A stretch of DNA of 64,000 nt, from IMG/VR virus record IMGVR_UViG_3300008119_000025, one strand, 5' to 3'. The DNA comes from an uncultured virus (IMG/VR IMGVR_UViG_3300008119_000025). Taxonomy: Duplodnaviria; Heunggongvirae; Uroviricota; Caudoviricetes. Positions within the stretch are counted from its first letter, which is position 1; every line of letters begins with the position of its first letter. Made by a program: the position numbers and the translations under genes. Shown here one piece after another: positions 20,267-29,545 of this stretch. The notes beneath the pieces were generated by a model. It had not been told where the DNA came from. It saw only the letters and a program-made list of their open reading frames with translations, and did no database searches.

Positions 20267-21384
20267 CAGAATCCTGTAAATGTTGTGTTAATACCTAACG
20301 CTTTGGCAAAGCGGGGCAACCTACATGACCAAAAACGCGCACTTGTTTTCGGTTCACCAGTACCACATTTGTGTCGTTTAGCGAACGCTCGACGTGCCTC
20401 TGGGTTGTTGATTTTGGCTTTAAGTCCACCAGCATCACCAAATGACACTTTTTTAACGCGTTTGGTTTTTGGGTTACGTACATACACGTAGTATTTCTTG
20501 CCGCCCGCTCCACCACGTTTTGGTTTACCAATGGGTGGGTCTTTTTTGTCTGCCTCGTTGATGTCCTCTATTTGATATACATCAATTGTTCTAGCGTCAT
20601 CATCGTAGTCCATCTCATATTGAGTGGTATCTAAGCTATTATATATCAATGCTCTAAATAAACGATAACGAGCCTCGCTTAGTGCTTGCAAACTAAATGA
20701 ACCATATTTTGGTAATATAATTTTGGTTAAAATCATACCAAATGTGTTCATGGCTTTTTCATCCTCGTATTTGCTTGGTAATCTATCGGTTGTCCATTCT
20801 TGTGTGGATGGGTTAAACCACAATAATTTAACATTGCTACCAAACAAAAACATTAGTTTACGTTTGATACCATGTTTGTCTGTGAATATGAATTCACTGC
20901 CTGCTTCATTTGATTTGGTATCGTCCAGTTTATATGAATTATCTACGTTTACTGATTCATATATTTTACCATAGATCTGGATGTCTTCCAATATAGGTTG
21001 ATATGGGTTTTCATATGCTATAGGCATATCCAGTGGTACTCGCTCACCTTCAAATATACCGTATTCGCCTAAATTGGTTTCAGCGAGTATTTCTTTGTCT
21101 AAATCGTTTACGTGAATTGCTTCGCGTAGGTACAGGTAGCGAGCTTCTGCCCATAAATCGAGGAACGATTTTGAGCCATAGCGGAACGTGTTTTCTGTGA
21201 GTGGCAATTTATTTTCCACGTGATATCGCAGATTTTCCGTCATCACTATGGGTGTACCGAGTGATTCGTTTATTACTACACCTGGATTCCCAACATTGTC
21301 GCAATCGTGGCATCCACAATTGCATTTGTCTTTGGTTGGTGGGGTGGATAGTGCTTCGCGAATGAGTCTCTCTAGTCTGTTCAT
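20263..21384 (-). CDS. multidomain protein with basic C-terminal DUF6321-like domain
   Basis: KKVSFGD...ARRAFAKRHKC...ARFWSC C-terminus; LIREAL leader. Confidence 0.55.
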   Translation of the reverse strand: MNRLERLIREALSTPPTKDKCNCGCHDCDNVGNPGVVINESLGTPIVMTENLRYHVENKLPLTENTFRYGSKSFLDLWAEARYLYLREAIHVNDLDKEILAETNLGEYGIFEGERVPLDMPIAYENPYQPILEDIQIYGKIYESVNVDNSYKLDDTKSNEAGSEFIFTDKHGIKRKLMFLFGSNVKLLWFNPSTQEWTTDRLPSKYEDEKAMNTFGMILTKIILPKYGSFSLQALSEARYRLFRALIYNSLDTTQYEMDYDDDARTIDVYQIEDINEADKKDPPIGKPKRGGAGGKKYYVYVRNPKTKRVKKVSFGDAGGLKAKINNPEARRAFAKRHKCGTGEPKTSARFWSCRLPRFAKALGINTTFTGFW

Positions 21385-21387
21385 GGT

Positions 21388-22383
21388 TTATCCAAATATT
21401 TTTCCGAAATCTAGGTATATTGCGCTTTGTTTAGCTGCGAAATTGTCTAGTAGATTTTCGTTGGTTTCGAGTTTTTCAAAATCTATGTAGAAGAATTTAA
21501 TGCTGCCGTTTTTCAATACGTTTGCTAAGTAGTTTTCGTTGCCTGGTTTTCTGCTTAGTTTGGATTCAATCATTTTTGCAGCCATAGCGGTAGCGCCCTC
21601 TTTTGCTTCAGTAGGGTTGTTTAATGTATTATTTAATGTGTCTATGTTTTCTTTGATAGTGGCAAATACATTGTATTGAGATGCAAGTCTATCCAAATCA
21701 GGTATACGTTCAAGTTCAAGTACTTGATTGAATGCTGGGATTAGGTCAGTGCCTTTAAAGTTGGTTGGGTTAACTGCAGGTCCTTCTGATTTGCTACCTA
21801 GTGCTTCGCTTAATGATTTGATACCAAATATGATACTCAATAATTGAAGGTTATCTCTGTCGGTACCAAATCGCCCCAAACCAATTTTACCAGTGTGGGA
21901 TTTATATGCTTTAACTTCAACACCTTTACCGTTGATGAATAAATCAGGATCGTCGCCTTCTCTACCTACTTTAACATCATTTCCTGAATATTTGTATAGC
22001 CAATATAGTGCTACCTCACCATTACCCACACCCTTCGTTTCGCCTTCTTCTTCGCCTTTTTTAGGTGGTGCAATATTGTATAGTTTATCGAATTCGTTTT
22101 TATCGGATGGGCTTACTTGTTCCATGAACGTGCCACCTTTCAATGAATACGTGCCTTTTGGTTGGGGGATAGATTCGCCATCTTTGATACCCAGTGTTTT
22201 TCGTATTAAAGTATCATATATATCTTCATCTCCAGATTCAATAATAGGTGATGGGGATGGTTGTTCAGTTATATTAGATATAATTTCATTCAATAAAGTA
22301 ACATCCCCTGGGTTATCCATGTCTGGGTAGCCTTTTGGAAATTTGTATGATATGCTGTGTAGGAATTTTTCGATAACGTCCAT
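21388..22383 (-). CDS. putative PD-(D/E)XK nuclease with YKFPKGYP leader domain
   Basis: GNGEVAL...PDLFINGKGVEVK catalytic-like pattern. Confidence 0.55.
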   Translation of the reverse strand: MDVIEKFLHSISYKFPKGYPDMDNPGDVTLLNEIISNITEQPSPSPIIESGDEDIYDTLIRKTLGIKDGESIPQPKGTYSLKGGTFMEQVSPSDKNEFDKLYNIAPPKKGEEEGETKGVGNGEVALYWLYKYSGNDVKVGREGDDPDLFINGKGVEVKAYKSHTGKIGLGRFGTDRDNLQLLSIIFGIKSLSEALGSKSEGPAVNPTNFKGTDLIPAFNQVLELERIPDLDRLASQYNVFATIKENIDTLNNTLNNPTEAKEGATAMAAKMIESKLSRKPGNENYLANVLKNGSIKFFYIDFEKLETNENLLDNFAAKQSAIYLDFGKIFG

Positions 22384-22851
22384 CTATGCTTCAGGTGTTT
22401 CTGGTTCGGTTGGTGGTGTTTCTTCTTTTGCTGGTTTTTCGTCCGGGAAATTTTCGAATCCGTCGTTGTCTTCGCTTACCTCTTCCTTAGCGCCATATCT
22501 TAATATGCGAGCAATGGCTTCAGCCGCTCTTTCCTCTTCTGGTAGGTTCGCTAGGTAGTATTTTTTGCCTTCAATTTGTGCAATCCAGCTGCGTGTACCG
22601 TAAATGAGGTAAAATTCTTGGTCGTTCTTTAAGTTGATACGGAATGTAGTAGGACGTGGTGCAACCCAGTCAAGGGATGCTAAAAAATTGTCGTATTCAT
22701 TGGTTAGTAAATCAACCAATACCGCTTTAAGTTCAGGGAATTTTGTTAATTCATCGTATTCAACAACGCCCGGTAATACATCTTGTTTACGAGATGCGTA
22801 TACCTGTTTTGCTAATTCGCGAATGCGTGATTTTAATTCGTCTGCAGTCAT
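22384..22851 (-). CDS. hypothetical protein
   Basis: 155 aa ORF with ELKSRIRE leader. Confidence 0.6.
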   Translation of the reverse strand: MTADELKSRIRELAKQVYASRKQDVLPGVVEYDELTKFPELKAVLVDLLTNEYDNFLASLDWVAPRPTTFRINLKNDQEFYLIYGTRSWIAQIEGKKYYLANLPEEERAAEAIARILRYGAKEEVSEDNDGFENFPDEKPAKEETPPTEPETPEA

Positions 22852-23522
22852 TACATTCGGTTTTTAATGCGGTTAAATATACGTTCAGTTAATTCAATAT
22901 CCACGTGTTTTTTTTCTACTCTTTCACCGCACAAATAATTGTGTACTGAATTAATATAGTCTTGTGCTTTGGTTAGTTTGGCTTGCACCCATGCATCTAA
23001 TTGTTCACCGTCTACAATCATGGATTCAAGACGTTGCGCGTCTTTGATTAAATTGTATAGTTGTGACTTTGCCATGTCACTTTCGTCGTCTGATTGTTTC
23101 CAGTCGTCTTCAGTTACAGATTCACGTTCGTTGATGTATGTGGTTGAGTTTATTTCGTCTATTGGTGTAGATAATGCAGCTCGCACCATTTCACGGAGTT
23201 TGTCTGTTTGTTGCATGGTTTGTTTTTCGTTAATTTGTTTGGCTTTTGCTATGGCATGACCATATGCCACTTTTTCAGCGTCAACACCATATCGTTTAAA
23301 TAATGAATCGCGTTTATCCGCAATCATTAATTTGAATATGGCTACTGCTTTTTTGGATACTTCAGGTGATAGACCTTCGGTTAATGATTCATTTGTTTCA
23401 GCCGCGTATAGTGCACGTAAATGTGCTTTTGCTTTTTCAACGGAATCAGATACCCCAACGGATTCTAGTTTTCCGTTGGGTAACTTTTTGTATACAGTTT
23501 TTCCGATTCGTTTGTATGGCAT
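22851..23522 (-). CDS. hypothetical protein
   Basis: 223 aa ORF coupled to neighbours; several LxE/IxE sites. Confidence 0.6.
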   Translation of the reverse strand: MPYKRIGKTVYKKLPNGKLESVGVSDSVEKAKAHLRALYAAETNESLTEGLSPEVSKKAVAIFKLMIADKRDSLFKRYGVDAEKVAYGHAIAKAKQINEKQTMQQTDKLREMVRAALSTPIDEINSTTYINERESVTEDDWKQSDDESDMAKSQLYNLIKDAQRLESMIVDGEQLDAWVQAKLTKAQDYINSVHNYLCGERVEKKHVDIELTERIFNRIKNRM

Positions 23523-23524
23523 AA

Positions 23525-23698
23525 CTATTTCGTTTTGTCTTCCACCAATGATGTTTTCTTGAATTCAGCTGCTAAGTTTTTGATGTCATTTGCAGCACTG
23601 CGTGCGCGTGTACGAGATACGTTGAATTTGCTAGCGTGTTCTTTTTTCAAAACTTCTACTGCCTCTACTAATGCGTCAAGGATTTCTGTTGTGTTCAT
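23525..23698 (-). CDS. histone H1-like (Hc1-family) small basic protein (not in ORF track)
   Basis: 57 aa MNTTEILDALVEAVEVLKKEHASKFNVSRTRARSAANDIKNLAAEFKKTSLVEDKTK; TRAR...EFKKTS pattern. Confidence 0.55.
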   Translation of the reverse strand: MNTTEILDALVEAVEVLKKEHASKFNVSRTRARSAANDIKNLAAEFKKTSLVEDKTK

Positions 23699-23725
23699 AG
23701 ATTTGATTGTTTATTTGTTTATATA

Positions 23726-24226
23726 TTACTGGGCCATTGATTGGTCAATAGCGAATTTAAGTGTGTTTAAGATTTGTGTGGTTAATTTTTCGTTACCCAT
23801 TGATTTAGCTGTATCCAATGATGTCATCAGGTGGTTGATTAATTCTTTAGCATCACCTGTTGCGCCAGCGGCAGCAGCAGTTAATTCGTCTTCAGGTGCA
23901 TCCATTTCTGCATCCGTTGCCATGTCTGGGTCTAGTTCAGCGTCGTCTGCAGGTACATCTTCTGCTTCGTCTTTTTTCGCTTCGTACAACTCGTCTTCGT
24001 TTTCCATCATTTCTGATTCGGTTTCAACACCGCCCAATTCGTTCAATACCATTTCGCGAATTTTAGCGCGCAATGCATTTTCGGTTAACGTTTCAGTAGT
24101 GGTTGTTTCGGTTGTTTCAGCTGTAGTGTTTTCCGTGTTTTCGTTTAATTTGCGGAAAATAGGGTTCATATTTTCAATGGCTTTACTTTCCACCAAAAAT
24201 TTACGTAAATCAAAATTATCGTTCAT
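23726..24226 (-). CDS. acidic hypothetical protein, probable internal head protein
   Basis: FDLRKFLVE leader, LNE/LTE sites; late motif at 24241-24250. Confidence 0.6.
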   Translation of the reverse strand: MNDNFDLRKFLVESKAIENMNPIFRKLNENTENTTAETTETTTTETLTENALRAKIREMVLNELGGVETESEMMENEDELYEAKKDEAEDVPADDAELDPDMATDAEMDAPEDELTAAAAGATGDAKELINHLMTSLDTAKSMGNEKLTTQILNTLKFAIDQSMAQ

Positions 24227-24262
24227 TGTATGTGTTTTAATATAAATATGTGCAGAAATATA

Positions 24263-24475
24263 CTATTTGATGTTTTGTTTAAGTATTGCCAGTGTTTGGT
24301 TAACTTGTTCACGCAATGCTTGTGCATCAAATGGCACCTCACTCTCGTTTACGTTTTCCAAATCCATCAATATCGAATCCAACCTACCATATATTTTTTC
24401 AGGTAATGTCAATTCAAGTGGGGATTCCATTAGGTATTGCGCCTTGAACCATTTGTGTGTGTCAAATTCACTCAT
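24263..24475 (-). CDS. hypothetical protein
   Basis: 70 aa ORF, FDTHKWFKAQYLME leader. Confidence 0.55.
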   Translation of the reverse strand: MSEFDTHKWFKAQYLMESPLELTLPEKIYGRLDSILMDLENVNESEVPFDAQALREQVNQTLAILKQNIK

Positions 24476-25049
24476 TTGTGTTTGGTTTACGTTTTAAACT
24501 GTTTAAATATTCGATTGATTCTCGCATGGCTTGTTCAACACGTTCTTTGTCTACACCACCAACCCATTTCTGGATGTCACCGGCTTCGGTAATGTATCCT
24601 TCGTTACTTTCAGATAATGCATCTTGCATATATGCTTTGTAGTCTTCAATGTACCCGTCTATTTCTTTGTTGTATGCTTCGGTTATATAGTCTTCCCACT
24701 TGCCTTCCAGCTTGAGTTTGGTTTCGAATTCAGTGCGGCAATCTAGGCACGTGCCATACGATTTGTAGTAGTGTGGATCTAGTTGTTTGTCCATCACCTG
24801 TTTACACGATGGGCAAAACAATGGGACAGCTACCTTTTTGAATTTGTCCAATTTGGTAATATTTTCGCGTATACCATCGCGGATGGTCCATTTTTTTCCA
24901 TCTTCCATCCACACGTCACCTTCAACGTGGTCTTCTTCTGATTTAGTATAACCTACCCCGTGTGTGGTACGTTCACCACTTTTACCTTTTACTAGGTTAC
25001 GGATACGCTGTACGTCACGTTCAGCGAATTGTTTTTTTAGTACTGACAT
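24468..25049 (-). CDS. zinc-finger hypothetical protein
   Basis: CPSC...CLDC pairs. Confidence 0.65.
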   Translation of the reverse strand: MSVLKKQFAERDVQRIRNLVKGKSGERTTHGVGYTKSEEDHVEGDVWMEDGKKWTIRDGIRENITKLDKFKKVAVPLFCPSCKQVMDKQLDPHYYKSYGTCLDCRTEFETKLKLEGKWEDYITEAYNKEIDGYIEDYKAYMQDALSESNEGYITEAGDIQKWVGGVDKERVEQAMRESIEYLNSLKRKPNTNE

Positions 25050-25588
25050 TATAGTCCGAGTTGTTTAAGTTGTTGTATTGTATCTGCGGTGCTAGTATGT
25101 AGAATACCAACTCCTCCGCGCGCATTCCAGTCATCTATTGTGGCTGCTCTATCGTCGATAAGTATACGGTTCTTGCGTGAATATTCAGCTTTGGTAGCAG
25201 CCGATTTGAAATATAGTTTACGTACGTTGTCTAGGTGATTTGTAACCCACACGCGCTTGCCTTCTTTTGATTCTGGATTGAATGTTGGTGCGGTTAATAT
25301 AAATGGGTTGTATTGTTTGATGTAGTCCCACAATTGTTTTCCGTCAGGCATCCACTCCAATTCCGACCAGTATTTGAATTCGGATGTGTTGTTTGATGAT
25401 ATGGATGTGTTGAATGTTTTCCAAAATTCCTTTTTGGTTTGCACATCAGCGTGGTTGGTGGATTTGCCGGTTAATTGTTTGTAACCTTTGTCGAAATTGA
25501 CCAAAACACCATCCAAATCGCAGAATATGATGTATTGTGGGGTGTTTTCTTCTCTGATTAAATTGTATAAGTCTATTAGTGTTGGCAT
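25049..25588 (-). CDS. 5'(3')-deoxyribonucleotidase, HAD/NT5C family
   Basis: IFCDLDGVLVNF, ILTAP, KRVWV, ILIDDR, WNARGGVGILH. Confidence 0.85.
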   Translation of the reverse strand: MPTLIDLYNLIREENTPQYIIFCDLDGVLVNFDKGYKQLTGKSTNHADVQTKKEFWKTFNTSISSNNTSEFKYWSELEWMPDGKQLWDYIKQYNPFILTAPTFNPESKEGKRVWVTNHLDNVRKLYFKSAATKAEYSRKNRILIDDRAATIDDWNARGGVGILHTSTADTIQQLKQLGL

Positions 25589-25612
25589 AACTGTTAATGT
25601 ACGTACTTTAAT

Positions 25613-26599
25613 TTATTGGGGCAAGGGTTTGTTTGTAACTGAATCGGTCCATTTTCTGAATGTAATGTTACCACGCTCATATGCTTCGCGCTCAATTTCT
25701 TCCAACATACCATCCTCGTTTGTGTTGGTGGTAGATATATCATGTAAACGTCCTTCCATGTTCTGGATGTGGTGAACGATCTCGTGGGCATACGAGCGAA
25801 TCACATCTTTTGGATGTCTACCCATAGTGAATAAGGTAATGGTGATTGTGCCCGGGTTGTAGTATGCTGTTTTGCCGAAGAAATCTCTTGCGTTTTTGGT
25901 ATCGTTGTCAATTATCTCTACACGCGGCAATGGCTGTACGTTCATTCCCTCACCAATCATATATTCGTTTAGTGATTGAATATACCCCAACAACAATTGG
26001 CGTTGCTCGTCAACTGGGTTGTTCTCGTTTAATGTGGGCTGTGGTTTGAGTATATCTACTACTTGTTGTTTTTCAGCATCGCTCAACATATCTGGTAGGT
26101 AATGGGTAAATATTTCAGATTTACCCTCCATTAACGCTTGGCGTGCTTTAGTGCCGCTTACATCTGGGTTGCCAGGTAAAACGATGGTTTTGAAATTGGT
26201 GTATTTCTTGCCTAGCGAATCAAATCGTTTAATGTCTTTTGCGTCTTCTTCACTGCGTATACCCACCACCGGGAAATAGAATTTTTGTGGGTTGTCGCCA
26301 ATTATTTTATGTATGTCCAGAATTGGTGATTTAGCTTCAGCTATATGAATGGTAACATTGGATGGTAAATGTTTTTTGTATATCTCCCATATTGCCAAAC
26401 TTTGTTCAGCGGTGATACCATCGCGTACTTTATGTCCAATTAGTACAATCACCTCGTTGATTTCACTACGTTTGGCCATCTCGTTCACGAGGTAAAAGTG
26501 ACCGGATGTAGGTGGTTTATATCCACCGGGAACAAGTGCAACTGATTTCATTTGTGCTTCGGTGAATGGTTGAATGATGGATTGTACTAGTTGGTTCAT
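25613..26599 (-). CDS. HIGH-type nucleotidyltransferase fused to HExxH metallopeptidase-like domain
   Basis: PGGYKPPTSGH and SGTKAR motifs; C-terminal RSYAHEIVHHIQ...EREAY. Confidence 0.75.
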   Translation of the reverse strand: MNQLVQSIIQPFTEAQMKSVALVPGGYKPPTSGHFYLVNEMAKRSEINEVIVLIGHKVRDGITAEQSLAIWEIYKKHLPSNVTIHIAEAKSPILDIHKIIGDNPQKFYFPVVGIRSEEDAKDIKRFDSLGKKYTNFKTIVLPGNPDVSGTKARQALMEGKSEIFTHYLPDMLSDAEKQQVVDILKPQPTLNENNPVDEQRQLLLGYIQSLNEYMIGEGMNVQPLPRVEIIDNDTKNARDFFGKTAYYNPGTITITLFTMGRHPKDVIRSYAHEIVHHIQNMEGRLHDISTTNTNEDGMLEEIEREAYERGNITFRKWTDSVTNKPLPQ

Positions 26600-27351
26600 G
26601 CTAAAAATGAGTTTATTTTTTGTTTGGCCGTGCTTAGTGTATCGAATTTTGGTAATGTTTTCACCATTTGCTCTATATCACGGTTTAATTGTGCTTTGTC
26701 GGCATCCGATTTTGCTTGTTCCTCCGGTGTTTTTGGTTTACCTGTTGCTGTTTGAGCAAGTAAATATGGTTCCAGCAGCGCGGGAGAAAACGCCTTGTTC
26801 GCATCGCTCGGGTCGTTGTTTATTAATATAAAGTTATCGCCAAATTCGCGCGCGTATGTGTCTATATTGCGATTTACATCACGCCATGTTCGTAATACAA
26901 TACCAGGCATCAAGCTACGTTCACGCTCTGAATTGCGTTGGAGTGAAGTTAATGGTGAAACATAAATCATCAACATCAATGTGGTGTACCCGAGTGCCTC
27001 GAGTTCCTGTTTTTTCTTCAATACTGGGTTTGGTGCTGCTCCAGTACCATCAATTACTATGTCTTGTAGGTTTGATATGGATTGTGCTAGTTTATCTTGT
27101 GTAGCTTTGCGTGCTTGTGCTTGCAATTTGGCTGCTGTGGATAGCTGATCAGGGGTGAAATCTTTTTGTTTCATACCCAACCCGCTAGCTTTCAGCATCT
27201 CCTCGTATGTGTCGTCCGAGTTAATTACGGATAGTGATGATGGTATCAGTTGTTTAGACATGTATGACTTGCCACTACCCGCAGGACCAGCTAAAAATAT
27301 AGCGTGTGGTTTGTTTTGTATTTCCTTAAGTAATTGTACGAGACTAATCAT
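26596..27351 (-). CDS. zeta-toxin/AAA_33-like P-loop kinase
   Basis: AIFLAGPAGSGKS, INSDD, IVIDGTG, LQRNSERERS. Confidence 0.8.
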   Translation of the reverse strand: MISLVQLLKEIQNKPHAIFLAGPAGSGKSYMSKQLIPSSLSVINSDDTYEEMLKASGLGMKQKDFTPDQLSTAAKLQAQARKATQDKLAQSISNLQDIVIDGTGAAPNPVLKKKQELEALGYTTLMLMIYVSPLTSLQRNSERERSLMPGIVLRTWRDVNRNIDTYAREFGDNFILINNDPSDANKAFSPALLEPYLLAQTATGKPKTPEEQAKSDADKAQLNRDIEQMVKTLPKFDTLSTAKQKINSFLA

Positions 27352-27362
27352 GGCTATACATA

Positions 27363-28130
27363 TTACAGTTTACGTTTAACTGTTGTTTTAAATTCGGTAA
27401 ATGCTGGTTTATGTGTAGGGTTTTCAATATCGAATATGCGTTTTACGTTTTTGAATATGTCGATATTTTCCTCAAATGTACGAGAAGATTCCACTATTTC
27501 CCAACCTTTACCTTGAAGTTTGTCTGGGTTTGCTTTGCGTTTACTGGATTTTAGCCACAATATACCGCATCTGTCTATTGATTTGTGGAAACATTCTGTG
27601 TAACATTGCGCGTATACAGCAGTTTGCAAATCGTATGTGGTGTGTAGGTGATTGGATGTTTTCAAGTCAAGTACCCAACGTTCACCGTTTAATTCAATGA
27701 TTAAATCGCATGTACCTGCCACTTTCAATTCGTCTGAAAATAAATGCACCTCGGCTTCGATTAATGTGGGGTTGTGTGTTTCCCAAAAATCAACAAAACG
27801 CAATAACATTTCCCACACATCTGGATTGTATAGTGGTTGTCCGGTTGGTGAAAGGAAATGGAGTTCCTCGCCGTTTAGGTATGCTTCTGCTAGTTCATGT
27901 ACTTGCGTGCCCTCCTCTGCTGCTTTTTTCACTATGTATTCTGATGCGAACCCAACTTGTTTCAACCACTTTTCGAAGTGTGGACCTTTTGGATATGAAT
28001 TCAATACATAAGTGATGCTAGGGTAATATGCACCGTTGCGGCGATAATAACGCGAATCGGGAAGGGTGATTTGTTGTGCATCGTCCGATATTTCCAGAAT
28101 ACGGTTATACGATCGTTTAATTTTACTCAT
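27363..28130 (-). CDS. PD-(D/E)XK exonuclease (lambda-exo/Cas4-like)
   Basis: YPSITYVL, GTQVHELAE, AGTCDLI, LDLKTS, LQTAVYA. Confidence 0.85.
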   Translation of the reverse strand: MSKIKRSYNRILEISDDAQQITLPDSRYYRRNGAYYPSITYVLNSYPKGPHFEKWLKQVGFASEYIVKKAAEEGTQVHELAEAYLNGEELHFLSPTGQPLYNPDVWEMLLRFVDFWETHNPTLIEAEVHLFSDELKVAGTCDLIIELNGERWVLDLKTSNHLHTTYDLQTAVYAQCYTECFHKSIDRCGILWLKSSKRKANPDKLQGKGWEIVESSRTFEENIDIFKNVKRIFDIENPTHKPAFTEFKTTVKRKL

Positions 28131-29056
28131 ATGAGTTGTAGTTTACGTTCCATTAATCGATATTGAGTTAATGGTTGGGTGGTTTGTATTAATTTGGTGA
28201 ATGTTTCGAAACCAAGTTCAGATGGGTCCTTCCCACTTAATTCAACCAAATATACTTCTTTGCCTATATCGAGTAGCTCTTCGCAAAACTCGATTGCTTT
28301 TTTAATTGCATCATTGTCTAATGCTATATAAATTTTTTGCACACATGATTGCACCAGGTGTTTCATTAATTGTGGCTGGATATTCTTTCCAAGTAATGGT
28401 ATTACGTTGCGTTTAATGGCAATAGCATCAAATGGCCCCTCGCACAATATGATTGGTAAATTCCAGTTAATAAATGATTCAAATGCTACTATGTCACGCG
28501 ATACTGTAGGATTACGGTATTTTACATACGGTTCAGGTGTGAATGAACGAGCGGTGAAGTAGTTTAGTTTGTGGTTTGAATCATATGATGGTATTATTAT
28601 CATGTTAGCGTATAAACCTGTCTCGCAATATCCCATGTTGTATTTGAGTATGTCTTGCGGGGTTAAACCACGGGATTTCAAATAACGGAGTGCATGTCTT
28701 GCTACACGAGATGGATTGTCGATGAATGATTTGTATTCTTTTGGTAACTCAAGTATGGTTGATTGGGTGGTGGAAGACTGCTCAGTAAACGTTGATTTAA
28801 CGTGTTTACTCAGTTCAATCATATGGTCTGGTGAAACGCCTATTTTCTTGAATAAACTGCGTATTGTTTGACCTTTAGCGTTACACGCCCAACATGCCCA
28901 CCTGTGTTTACCTTCGGCGTTTTCGAGTAACTGTACCTCTAGTTTTGGTTTGGGGTGGTTACATAGGGGGCAGTGGTATGCAATGTTTCCCCTAGATGTA
29001 CGTTTACCGTGACCCAGTACCGAATTAACTAAATTAACTAATAACTCATTTACCAT
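28127..29056 (-). CDS. DNA primase (zinc finger + TOPRIM)
   Basis: CPLC...CWAC zinc finger, YLKSRGL, CEGPFDAIAI, IALDNDA, KDPSE. Confidence 0.88.
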   Translation of the reverse strand: MVNELLVNLVNSVLGHGKRTSRGNIAYHCPLCNHPKPKLEVQLLENAEGKHRWACWACNAKGQTIRSLFKKIGVSPDHMIELSKHVKSTFTEQSSTTQSTILELPKEYKSFIDNPSRVARHALRYLKSRGLTPQDILKYNMGYCETGLYANMIIIPSYDSNHKLNYFTARSFTPEPYVKYRNPTVSRDIVAFESFINWNLPIILCEGPFDAIAIKRNVIPLLGKNIQPQLMKHLVQSCVQKIYIALDNDAIKKAIEFCEELLDIGKEVYLVELSGKDPSELGFETFTKLIQTTQPLTQYRLMERKLQLI

Positions 29057-29083
29057 AAACATGAATATACACACTATATATGG

Positions 29084-29524
29084 CTAGGCAAAGTCTTTTG
29101 CAAAAAACTTGCCAAGAATGTTGGTGTTTAGCCAATCGCTGGATTCCAATACGCCATGTACAAATTGGTATTTTGTCTCGTAGTATGTAAGTAGTTTTTT
29201 GTTTGGTACGAAATGGATGATTTCGCGTGTGAATTCATCGTGTTGTTTGTTTTTGATTGACTGTTTGATGAATTCCTCCGAGCCATAGTATGTCCTCCAA
29301 TCGGATTCTTTCACTACCTGTTTGGTGGTTTTAGCGCGTCCACGAGTTACGGGCTGCTCGGCTAGTTCTTTTTTTCCAAGTTTTTGGTTGGTGGTGTGGT
29401 ATAGCGATTTTTTACCTAAATATCGTTTACCAGTTGGGGTATGGGTGGTGATGTAAATGAAACCAAATGTATTCTCGGGCATGTCCTCAATTGAGGTAAT
29501 GGGGGTGTTGTTGTATAACCACAT
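29084..29524 (-). CDS. GIY-YIG family nuclease
   Basis: FGFIYIT...KRYLGKK, WRTYYGS, FTREII, YYE, N.NI. Confidence 0.7.
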   Translation of the reverse strand: MWLYNNTPITSIEDMPENTFGFIYITTHTPTGKRYLGKKSLYHTTNQKLGKKELAEQPVTRGRAKTTKQVVKESDWRTYYGSEEFIKQSIKNKQHDEFTREIIHFVPNKKLLTYYETKYQFVHGVLESSDWLNTNILGKFFAKDFA

Positions 29525-29545
29525 ATAAATGTTTAGTTATACATA

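Noticed and set aside
27363..28130. Cas4 as part of a CRISPR system
   Set aside because: No Fe-S cysteine cluster and adjacent to primase; ordinary phage exonuclease
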